Assembly: GCA_964372755.1 (NCBI GenBank)
Contig: CAYJQX010000004.1
Location: forward strand, 10,766 to 74,765
DNA length: 64,000 nucleotides
From: an uncultured Candidatus Saccharibacteria bacterium
Lineage (GTDB): Bacteria > Patescibacteriota > Minisyncoccia > UBA9983
Direction: 5' to 3'
Made by a program: the position numbers and the translations under genes. Of this stretch, positions 54,492 through 62,522 are shown in pieces (the stretch's first letter is position 1; every line of letters starts with the position of its first letter). A model generated the notes under the pieces. That model was not told where the DNA came from. It worked only from the letters and a program-made list of their open reading frames with translations, and made no database searches.

Positions 54492-54527
54492 TTTTTATTG
54501 TGTAATCTCTGAAAAACAATTAACTCA

Positions 54528-54590
54528 AAAGGATTTATTTGTTTCCTTCGCCAACTGGCGAATTCGTGCTTCAGATTTTGATTTGTTATT
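54528..54590. repeat. Partial copy (3' half) of the 150-nt repeat family
   Basis: ggatttatttgtttccttcgccaactggcgaattcgtgcttcagattttgatttg matches the 3' half of the copies at 44590 and 53715. Confidence 0.5.
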
Positions 54591-54599
54591 TTTTTACTT

Positions 54600-55958
54600 T
54601 TATAATTCGTTAAATTCGCTTTTTTCTAAGGTAGAAAAGCTCACTTTTTCAGGCGTGAAATAAAGATCTACTTTTCCGGTCGGGCCATTGCGGTGCTTTT
54701 CTATCAAAATTTCCACGATATTAGAACGCTCTTCTGGCGCTTTGTGTTTGTCTTCGCGATGGATAAACATTACCACGTCTGCATCCTGCTCGATGCTGCC
54801 ACTGTCGCGAAGGTCAGAAAGTCTTGGGCGTCCGCCTCTTTGCTCTACCGCGCGGGAGAGCTGTGAGAGGGCTAAAACGGGCACATTGAGCTCACGGGCG
54901 AGGCTTTTTAATGAACGTGAAATTTCCGTAATTTGCTGAACGGTGCTGTCGTTTTGTTTTCTGGGCACCATCAATTGCAAATAATCCACGATAATGAGCC
55001 CGAGCCCGTGTTCGGCCTGCAGACGGCGGGCCATAGCGCGCATTTGCATAATGTTGTTTGAAGGTTCGTCGTCAATATAGATAGGCGCGGTGGCAAGAGA
55101 ACTTAAAGCGTCTTGCAAGCGTTGGAATTCATTTTCATTTGAGAGTTGGCCGGTGCGAAGTTTCCAAGAATCAACGTGGGCTTCGGCGGAGAGAAGCCTG
55201 TCTACGAGTTGTTGGGAAGACATTTCAAGAGAAAAAATGCCGACAGGGATAGAATGCCTGCAAGCCACATTTCTGGCAATATCCAAGGCGAGAGCCGTTT
55301 TTCCCATAGAAGGTCTTGCCGCCAAAATAACAAGATCCGCTTTTTGAAAGCCGGCTAATTTGGCATCCATGTCTTTAAATCCTGTCGGCACACCGCGAAT
55401 CTCTCCTTTATTTTTATGTAAGCGGTCGATTCTCTCCCAAGCTTCTTCCAGAGCGTGTTTGACACTCAAAAATCTTTGCTTTAGAGACATTCTGGTTATG
55501 CCGAATATTTTTTTCTCGGCTGTGTCCAACACTTCATCCAGCTCGTTTTCTTCTTCATAACCGAGCTGGGAAATATGGTTTGAGGAATCTATGAGATTTC
55601 TTAAAACGCTTTTTTTGTAAACCAATTCGGCATAATGCTTGGCGTTGGCGGCGGTGGGTACGGAATTAACCAGTTCGCTTAAATAAGCTTTTCCACCAAT
55701 TGAATCAAGCTGTTTTTTTTCGGTTAAACGCGCCGAAAGGGTGAGGATGTCTATCGGTTCTTTTTTCTCGTTTAACTCCAACATTGCCTCATAAATAATG
55801 CCGTTTTTACCGGTATAAAAATCTTCGGGACGCAAAACGTCCATCACCACATAAATAGCGTTCGGGTCTATCATCACAGACCCCAAAACGGACTTTTCGG
55901 CGTCCACATTTTGCGGCGGTACTCGGAGGGCGCTGTTTTTTGACGAAACGAATTCCAT
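54600..55958 (-). CDS. dnaB: Replicative DNA helicase DnaB
   Basis: An N-terminal DnaG-interaction domain is present. The Walker A is ARPSMGKTALALDIA. The Walker B is LIIVDYLQLM. The RecA-like core shows no intein. Confidence 0.95.
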   Translation of the reverse strand: MEFVSSKNSALRVPPQNVDAEKSVLGSVMIDPNAIYVVMDVLRPEDFYTGKNGIIYEAMLELNEKKEPIDILTLSARLTEKKQLDSIGGKAYLSELVNSVPTAANAKHYAELVYKKSVLRNLIDSSNHISQLGYEEENELDEVLDTAEKKIFGITRMSLKQRFLSVKHALEEAWERIDRLHKNKGEIRGVPTGFKDMDAKLAGFQKADLVILAARPSMGKTALALDIARNVACRHSIPVGIFSLEMSSQQLVDRLLSAEAHVDSWKLRTGQLSNENEFQRLQDALSSLATAPIYIDDEPSNNIMQMRAMARRLQAEHGLGLIIVDYLQLMVPRKQNDSTVQQITEISRSLKSLARELNVPVLALSQLSRAVEQRGGRPRLSDLRDSGSIEQDADVVMFIHREDKHKAPEERSNIVEILIEKHRNGPTGKVDLYFTPEKVSFSTLEKSEFNEL

Positions 55959-56192
55959 AGGTAATTGGATTATAGCATAATGGAGATTGTAGTATGTGGA
56001 ATATCCCGAAATTTAAGACCAGAGTCTATAAATTTCGAGGATCCTCGATTTTGTTAGGGCCGACTACGGCCGACAAAATCGGGATAGGTGAAGCAACGAA
56101 AGAAAAGGGGTAATATTCTTCTATTTAGATATTAATATTAAAAACCCTAGTAAATATAGGGCTTTTAATATCCAGAAAGATTTTTTTTAAAA

Positions 56193-57899
56193 TTACCTTG
56201 TACTACGCGGGGAAAGAAGCTCCAAAATCGGCCATAGGACTGTTCCTAGCAGGGAAGGAGACGACCACGATGCAGGCTCACTTGGGGCAGGAGGAGCTTG
56301 TTGTTCAAAAGATGGGGAAGAGGGTTGAGAAGGCATAGTTTCAAAAGAGGACGGCATCATAGTGGGTTCGCTCGTCATATTTGCGGGTGGGGCAAATGAA
56401 CCAGAAGAAGGAGGAATATTTCCTTGCATATCCCGAAAATCTCCGGTTGCAGGTATCATATTTCTCTCTTCCATCATTCTCTTTTCTTGTTCAAACCTCA
56501 TCATGTCATTAGTCTGAAACTCCTCCTCGGAAGGCATTCTCTCACCTTCTCTCATCATTCTTTCTTTTTCATCTCGCATCATATCATTCATCTGAAAATC
56601 TTTTTGTTGTTGGAATTGAGGCGGGAGGTTTCTATTTTGGTTCTCAAACATCCGCCCTCTCATTTCCATCTCCATATTTTTTTGTCTTTCTTTTGGAAAA
56701 GAAGGGAAATCTCTTTTCATCTTTTCGTTGCTTTGATTTTCTTGCATGGCTCGGCTATTTAAAGATTCGCGAATGCACTCCTCCACTTTTCTATGAATTT
56801 CTTCTCTTGCGTTTTCATCTTTAGCTTCGGCGGCTATCCTGCCACATTCCTCCGCGCCCGGAACATTTGTTGGGAAATTTGGTCGGTCCCCCTTATTTTC
56901 TTTTTCAGGTCCGCCAAAAAATCTACCTTCGTTAAATTCTCCTTTTTCAAATCTTTCTTGAACATCGCTGAAGCTCTTAATCCTTTTTTCTAGACCATGG
57001 TTTTTGGAAAACTGAAGACATGTTTGAATGTTTTCCGGGGCTGAACAAAAATCAGAACAAGATTGGGCGGAATCACAACCCCCCGGACCAGCTGGCCTGC
57101 TTTGATTTCCGTTGCCACTCATTTGGGGAGGGGAAAATCCGAGTTTTTCGCCAAAAGCTCGACATTCTTCAAAATGGTCGCTACTGGAGCAATAAGCCTC
57201 ACAAGCTTGTTTAGATTGGCAGGCTCCCGGAGTCTCTCCTTTTTTGGACAGTTCAATAAATTTCCTGATACCTTCGCGTGGCAACGGTGCCGTATTGTTG
57301 CTTTCCTCGTTTATATCGTGGTCTATGCCTGCTGCCTCGGCGAAAGCAAGACATTCTTCAGCGTGGGTGAAATCGGAGCAATAAGCCTCACATTCTCCTC
57401 TAGATTTACAACTGCCCGGAGTGGTGCCTCCTTTTTTCAAAAATTCTTGCATTTTTCTACCGGACTCAATATGTTTTCCTTCCACTCCTTGTTTTTTTGC
57501 AAAGTCCATGCATTCATCCATGTGGTCTAAGTTTTCACAGTAAGCTTCACAAGCCTTCGGGGAATCGCATTGGCCCGGACCGTTTTTATCGCGGATGGCT
57601 TTAGAAAACTTCTTGGCTTTCTCCGCTTCCTCACTTTTCATAAGCCCCTTTTTTTCGGCAAAAGCAATACAACTTTCTATATTTGAGGGATCATCGCAAT
57701 AAGCTTTACAAGCCTTTTTGTCTTCACAGTTTCCCAGTTCTTTAATAGGAAAAACAATGCCGGCGCTTGCAATCTGCTCCTCGCTTGGTTCTTCGGGAAT
57801 ATTCGTTTCTTCCTCTGCCCTAACACTCAAAGCCCCGACAATCATCAGACTGGAGATAAAAACGGATACGAAAAAAACTTTTTTATTATTTCTGTGCAT
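56193..57899 (-). CDS. Secreted cysteine-rich repeat protein (five tandem C-x5/6-C-x3-C-x10/11-C modules, then an M/R/E/Q-rich low-complexity region and a P/S-rich tail)
   Basis: The signal peptide is MHRNNKKVFFVSVFISSLMIVGALSVRAEE. The five repeats run CEDKKACKAYCDDPSNIESCIAF, CDSPKACEAYCENLDHMDECMDF, CKSRGECEAYCSDFTHAEECLAF, CQSKQACEAYCSSSDHFEECRAF and CDSAQSCSDFCSAPENIQTCLQF. Confidence 0.65.
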   Translation of the reverse strand: MHRNNKKVFFVSVFISSLMIVGALSVRAEEETNIPEEPSEEQIASAGIVFPIKELGNCEDKKACKAYCDDPSNIESCIAFAEKKGLMKSEEAEKAKKFSKAIRDKNGPGQCDSPKACEAYCENLDHMDECMDFAKKQGVEGKHIESGRKMQEFLKKGGTTPGSCKSRGECEAYCSDFTHAEECLAFAEAAGIDHDINEESNNTAPLPREGIRKFIELSKKGETPGACQSKQACEAYCSSSDHFEECRAFGEKLGFSPPQMSGNGNQSRPAGPGGCDSAQSCSDFCSAPENIQTCLQFSKNHGLEKRIKSFSDVQERFEKGEFNEGRFFGGPEKENKGDRPNFPTNVPGAEECGRIAAEAKDENAREEIHRKVEECIRESLNSRAMQENQSNEKMKRDFPSFPKERQKNMEMEMRGRMFENQNRNLPPQFQQQKDFQMNDMMRDEKERMMREGERMPSEEEFQTNDMMRFEQEKRMMEERNMIPATGDFRDMQGNIPPSSGSFAPPANMTSEPTMMPSSFETMPSQPSSPSFEQQAPPAPSEPASWSSPSLLGTVLWPILELLSPRSTR

Positions 57900-57904
57900 A
57901 TTTT

Positions 57905-58138
57905 TTATTCAAATGGGTTTTTATACGTTCCTTTAATGGGATTTGGAATTGGGGCAACTGTCTCCGGCAGAGCGTCTTGAACGGGATTAGAGATGTTTCC
58001 ATAAATCTCGCTTCCCAAATTTTTTGCCGAATCAGACTCGTTTTTTTCTTCGGGTTTTGGTTTTTTCCAATAAAAAAAGATAAGGCCGACAATTAAAATA
58101 ATTACTCCTATTGAGATGATATATTTTGCTTTTTCCAT
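57905..58138 (-). CDS. Hypothetical small membrane-anchored protein (77 aa)
   Basis: An N-terminal TM (IISIGVIILIVGLIFFYW) is followed by a Pro-rich tail. It lies 5 nt downstream of the preceding gene. Confidence 0.4.
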   Translation of the reverse strand: MEKAKYIISIGVIILIVGLIFFYWKKPKPEEKNESDSAKNLGSEIYGNISNPVQDALPETVAPIPNPIKGTYKNPFE

Positions 58139-58254
58139 ATACTCTCATTTTAGATAATCTCTATATCTAGACAAGAATAAAGATGATACTTGTGGATAAC
58201 CTTAACCCCACTCTAAAGAAGACCGACTTCGTTAGAGTGGGGTGGGGTTTGACT

Positions 58255-59643
58255 TTAGTCAATTTTAGTTACCAAATATTTTGTTCCATTATCTCGAATA
58301 GAATATCCAAGCGCTTCTATTTTATCCCGCAGTTCATCCGATTTTTGCCAGTCTTTGTTTTTGCGGGCGAGTTCGCGTTCTTTTGCAAGCGCAATTACTT
58401 CCGTTGGAATTTCGGCAGGGGACTCGGAAGCGATTTTATCAAATCCGAGCCCTAAAACTTTATCAAAATCCAAAACGGTTTCCAGCGTGCTGGTTTTTAG
58501 GCTTTCCTCCAAAACCGCTAAGGCCGCTGGGGTATTAAAATCATCTTCTAGTGCTTCTCTAAACTTCTTAGATAATATTTCATCAACTTTTCCGTAAGAC
58601 AGGGAAGTGATTTTATTTTTAATTCTTTTTAGCCCACTTGAAGCGGATTCAAGCGCTTCCCAAGTGAAATTTTGTTTTGACCTGTAATGTGCTTGAAGAA
58701 AAAAATATCGCAAATCTTCTGGCAAAAACCCTTTGCTTGTAATTTCATCGAGCGTAAAACCCGTCCCTTCGGATTTGGCCATTTTTTTGCCTTCAATAAG
58801 CAGATGTTCGTTGTGCATCCAATAATTTACAAAAGGTTTGCCGTTTGCGGATTCGCTTTGGGCGATTTCGTTTGTGTGATGGATACTGATATGTTCCACG
58901 CCCCCCATATGAATATCTATGGTCTCGCCTAAAAATTTTTTGATCATAGCAGAGCATTCTATGTGCCAGCCGGGAAAGCCTTCTCCGTTTGGAGCGAGAG
59001 AGGAGTGAAAAGGGGATCCCCATGTTTGCAGGGCGTTTTTATGGTCGCCGGCTTTGAAAAACCATACAGCAAAATCCTGTAAGTTTCTTTTTTTTGTATC
59101 TTTAACACGCCCTAGGCCCGCGCCAGACTCTTGTTTACTTAAATCTTGGCCGGAAAGAGCGGAGTAATTTTTGGCTTTTCCCGTGTCAAAATAAACGGCA
59201 AGAGGAGTTTCGTAGGCATATCCCTTGTCTATTAAAATTTTTACCATTTCTATAATTTCGGGAATAGTTTCGGTGGCGCGAGGCTTACGCGTTGGCTCCA
59301 AAATATTTAAGGCATTTACGTCGCGCTCAAATTGAGTGATGTATTTATTAGCGATTTCATTAGGTGATAAGCCTTCTCGCTTAGCCCCTTTCTCCATTTT
59401 GTCTTCACCCTCATCTTCATCGGAGACCAAATGCCCAACATCGGTGTAATTTCGCACGTAACTAACGTTGTAGCCAAAATACATAAGTGCTCGCCTCACG
59501 ATATCGCCCATAACCATAGCGCGCATATTGCCGATATGTTGAGTCCAATAGACCGTCGGCCCGCATTGGTAAAAAGAAATCTCTTCTTTTCTAAGAGGAG
59601 AGAATGTTTCTTTTTGACGGCTTAAAGTGTGGAATATTCGCAT
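58255..59643 (-). CDS. cysS: Cysteinyl-tRNA synthetase
   Basis: MRIFHTLSRQKETFSP...FYQCGPTVYWTQHIGNMR corresponds to the CysRS N-terminus and HIGH region. KMAKSEGT is the KMSKS motif. Starting at ATG 59643 avoids overlap with the upstream gene; the track start at 59751 is probably an over-extension. Confidence 0.9.
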   Translation of the reverse strand: MRIFHTLSRQKETFSPLRKEEISFYQCGPTVYWTQHIGNMRAMVMGDIVRRALMYFGYNVSYVRNYTDVGHLVSDEDEGEDKMEKGAKREGLSPNEIANKYITQFERDVNALNILEPTRKPRATETIPEIIEMVKILIDKGYAYETPLAVYFDTGKAKNYSALSGQDLSKQESGAGLGRVKDTKKRNLQDFAVWFFKAGDHKNALQTWGSPFHSSLAPNGEGFPGWHIECSAMIKKFLGETIDIHMGGVEHISIHHTNEIAQSESANGKPFVNYWMHNEHLLIEGKKMAKSEGTGFTLDEITSKGFLPEDLRYFFLQAHYRSKQNFTWEALESASSGLKRIKNKITSLSYGKVDEILSKKFREALEDDFNTPAALAVLEESLKTSTLETVLDFDKVLGLGFDKIASESPAEIPTEVIALAKERELARKNKDWQKSDELRDKIEALGYSIRDNGTKYLVTKID

Positions 59644-59656
59644 AAGAAGAATTCTT

Positions 59657-60577
59657 CTAAATCCATCTTTTATGTTTAAAAAATATATAAATGCCAAAAC
59701 CGGAAAGAGCAGTAATTGCAAGAATAATCCAGAAATCTCCGGTTGTCCCAAGAATGGGGACAGATTTAGCCGGAACGATAAAAAGATTCAAAATAATCAT
59801 TAAAGGAAAAGTGGCAAAAGCCATCATGGTTAAAGTTTTCATAATCTCGTTTGCTCTATAGGATACCAGAGAATCGTTGGTTGCCTGCAGAGATTCAATT
59901 GTATCTTTATTTGTTTCTAGGGCGTTAAAAAGTCTAGAGTAGTCGCTGTGTAAAAAGCTCATGTAAACGGAAAAATCTTTTCCAAAAAGTTTTCCCCCAT
60001 GATTTTTTAAGGTATGTAAAATTTCTTGATGAGGATGGATTATACGGCGAAAATCCAGAATATCTCTTCTCACGTGGGATATTTTTCTCACTAAGTCGTG
60101 TTTATTATTATGCTGGGAGAAGATTTCTTCTTCCACGGAGAGAATTTTTGTCTGGATTTCATTGAGCTCGTTGATAGACAAGGCATATATTTCTTTGACC
60201 ACCTGAAAAAAAAGCAATCCGGTATCGGTGGGTTGTTTATTTTCTCCGGAGAGAGTGTTTGTTTCAAACATGCGAGCAATTTCGTGCAATATGTTGAAAT
60301 CCCGATAATGGGTGGTGATAAAAAAGTTTTTACCGATAATAAAATCTATTTCTGATTCGGAAAAAATTTTCCTATTTTTGTCGAAATTAGGAAAATGAAG
60401 AATAAGGTAGATTATGTTTTCGTAAGCATCAATTCTTGAACGCGGAGTTTGATAAACCAGCTCGTCGGCTACAAGCGGGTGAATAGGATATTTTTTCATC
60501 AGGTCTCTAACCTCATCGGAGGAAGGATTATCTAAATCTATCCAAACAATTTTTTTCGTCTTATAAATATTAACCAT
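59657..60577 (-). CDS. CorA-family divalent cation transporter-like protein (no canonical GMN motif)
   Basis: A cytoplasmic alpha/beta domain plus long helices is followed by two C-terminal TM helices (MMAFATFPLMIILNLF... and FWIILAITALSGFGIYIFF). The likely start is ATG 60577 (MVNIYKTKKIVWIDL). Confidence 0.65.
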   Translation of the reverse strand: MVNIYKTKKIVWIDLDNPSSDEVRDLMKKYPIHPLVADELVYQTPRSRIDAYENIIYLILHFPNFDKNRKIFSESEIDFIIGKNFFITTHYRDFNILHEIARMFETNTLSGENKQPTDTGLLFFQVVKEIYALSINELNEIQTKILSVEEEIFSQHNNKHDLVRKISHVRRDILDFRRIIHPHQEILHTLKNHGGKLFGKDFSVYMSFLHSDYSRLFNALETNKDTIESLQATNDSLVSYRANEIMKTLTMMAFATFPLMIILNLFIVPAKSVPILGTTGDFWIILAITALSGFGIYIFFKHKRWI

Positions 60578-60698
60578 TGATCGAATAATAACATATTTAA
60601 AAAGAGAATCCGACTCACAGGATGTGGAGTGCGATGTTGCCAATACTAGAATTTTAAGCCTTAAAGATTCTGTATAAAACGTCATAAGTTATAAACTT

Positions 60699-61964
60699 GT
60701 GTGGATAGCTACTCTTTGCAATAATAGGGAAGTGAAAATCTGGAAGAAAATCAGCCAAACAATCCTCATCTCTATTTTAGTCGCCTCCTCATTTGTTGGG
60801 GGCGTTTATTTGGGATATTCAAACAGGCCAAGTACCCAAAAAATTTTGAATATCGTTGGCAAGGAACCCCCAAAAATTTCAGAAACAAATGTAGATTTTA
60901 CTCCGTATTGGGATGTCTGGGGTGAGGTTAAAGAAAAATATGTTGACCACGAAAACATAAAAGACGACAAACTCTTGTGGGGTTCTATAGAAGGAATGGT
61001 GAAATCTCTAGGGGATTCTTACTCTGTTTTTTTCCCGCCACAGGAAGCCAAGGAATTTCAAGAAACTGTTGCTGGTAATTTTCAGGGAGTAGGGATGGAG
61101 ATTAGCACCAAAGAAAACGTTTTGACGGTAGTAGCTCCAATAAAAAATTCCCCGGCCTACAGGGCAGGTATTAGACCGGGTGATAAAATTATTAAAATAG
61201 ATGATATTCCGTCGGCAGATTTTTCCTCCGAAAAAGCCGCCAGACTTATAAAGGGCGCTCAAGGAACAAAGGTGCGCCTTACCATTTTTCGTGAGGGAGT
61301 AGACGAACCGTTTGAAGTTTCGATTATTAGAGATTTTATTGAAATACCGATTATTGATACAGAAAAAAAAGACGAAGGTGTTTTTGTTATTCGGCTTTAT
61401 AGTTTTTCGGCCAATGCCGGAAATGCTTTCAGGGGCGCTCTGAGAGAATTTGTAGAATCCGGAAGCAATAAATTGATTCTTGATTTGAGAGGCAATCCGG
61501 GAGGTTATCTAGAAAACGCCATTGATATTTCCAGCTGGTTTTTGCCTTTAGGGGAGGTGATTGTTAGAGAAAAATTTGCCGATGGCCGTGAAGAATTGTA
61601 CAAAAGCCGTGGATATAATATTTTTAAGAGTCTGCCTATTGTGATTCTTATAGACGGCGGTTCTGCTTCGGCTTCAGAAATTTTGACGGGAGCGCTGACT
61701 GAACACGGGAAAGCGAAAACAGTGGGAGAAAAAACTTTTGGAAAAGGTTCCGTGCAAGAACTTGTTCCGTTTGCAAATGGGACATCTTTAAAAATCACCA
61801 TTGCCAAATGGTTTACTCCCAAAGGAATTTCTCTTTCAGAAAATGGCTTAAAACCTGATTTTGAGGTAAAACCCGCAAAGGATAGTGGCAAAGTAGGGCA
61901 ATATGGAGACAGACTAGTTGATCCGCAGATGGATAAGGCGTTGGAATTATTAAAGAGTAAATAA
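60699..61964 (+). CDS. ctpA: Carboxyl-terminal processing protease (S41 family) with PDZ
   Basis: An N-terminal TM is present. The PDZ region is GIRPGDKIIKIDD. The S41 catalytic-region motifs are LDLRGNPGGYL and IDGGSASASEI. Confidence 0.85.
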   Translation: MWIATLCNNREVKIWKKISQTILISILVASSFVGGVYLGYSNRPSTQKILNIVGKEPPKISETNVDFTPYWDVWGEVKEKYVDHENIKDDKLLWGSIEGMVKSLGDSYSVFFPPQEAKEFQETVAGNFQGVGMEISTKENVLTVVAPIKNSPAYRAGIRPGDKIIKIDDIPSADFSSEKAARLIKGAQGTKVRLTIFREGVDEPFEVSIIRDFIEIPIIDTEKKDEGVFVIRLYSFSANAGNAFRGALREFVESGSNKLILDLRGNPGGYLENAIDISSWFLPLGEVIVREKFADGREELYKSRGYNIFKSLPIVILIDGGSASASEILTGALTEHGKAKTVGEKTFGKGSVQELVPFANGTSLKITIAKWFTPKGISLSENGLKPDFEVKPAKDSGKVGQYGDRLVDPQMDKALELLKSK

Positions 61965-61967
61965 ATA

Positions 61968-62076
61968 ACCCGACGCCAATACACAAATGAATACGAATGA
62001 TACTAATGTAATACCAAATCTTAATTTTCCCAGATTCGTGTCATTCGTGCGTGTTATTTGCGTATTAGTGTCGTTA
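61968..62076. repeat. About 110-nt hairpin/TIR intergenic repeat (same family as 47690-47800)
   Basis: ccgacgccaatacacaaatgaatacgaatgatactaatgtaataccaaatcttaa...cattcgtgcgtgttatttgcgtattagtgtcg aligns along its length with the 47690 copy. Confidence 0.7.
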
Positions 62077-62078
62077 TT

Positions 62079-62522
62079 ATGAAATTAATTTTAATTCAAG
62101 ACGTGCCGAAAATAGGCCGAAAATATGAAATAAAAGAAGTAAAAGACGGATTTGCCAGAAATTTTCTTATGGCAAGAAATTTAGCAATTCCTTGGACTCT
62201 TGAAGCGGAAAAAAGTTTTTCTTTAAAAATCAAGCAAGCAGAAGAAACGAAAAAATCTAGAGAAAATGATCTAGAAAAAAATCTTGATCTTTTGAATGAT
62301 TTTAAAATTATTTTTTCCCGCAAGGCCAACAATGAAGGCCATCTTTTTGCCGGTATAAAGTCCGAAGACATCGTGAAATTTCTGGAAAAAGAGAAGGGAA
62401 TTATTATCCCGGAAAACATCTTAGAGATGTCTCAGCCGATAAAAACGCTGGGAGAACATAAAATAAAGGCAAGGAACAAAATTTTAACAGTAGAAGTTCA
62501 AAACGAAAAAACAACCAAATAA
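62079..62522 (+). CDS. rplI: 50S ribosomal protein L9
   Basis: MKLILIQDVPKIGRKYEIKEVKDGFARNFL is the canonical L9 N-domain. ATG 62079 directly follows the repeat. The track start at 62058 lies inside the repeat. Confidence 0.88.
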   Translation: MKLILIQDVPKIGRKYEIKEVKDGFARNFLMARNLAIPWTLEAEKSFSLKIKQAEETKKSRENDLEKNLDLLNDFKIIFSRKANNEGHLFAGIKSEDIVKFLEKEKGIIIPENILEMSQPIKTLGEHKIKARNKILTVEVQNEKTTK

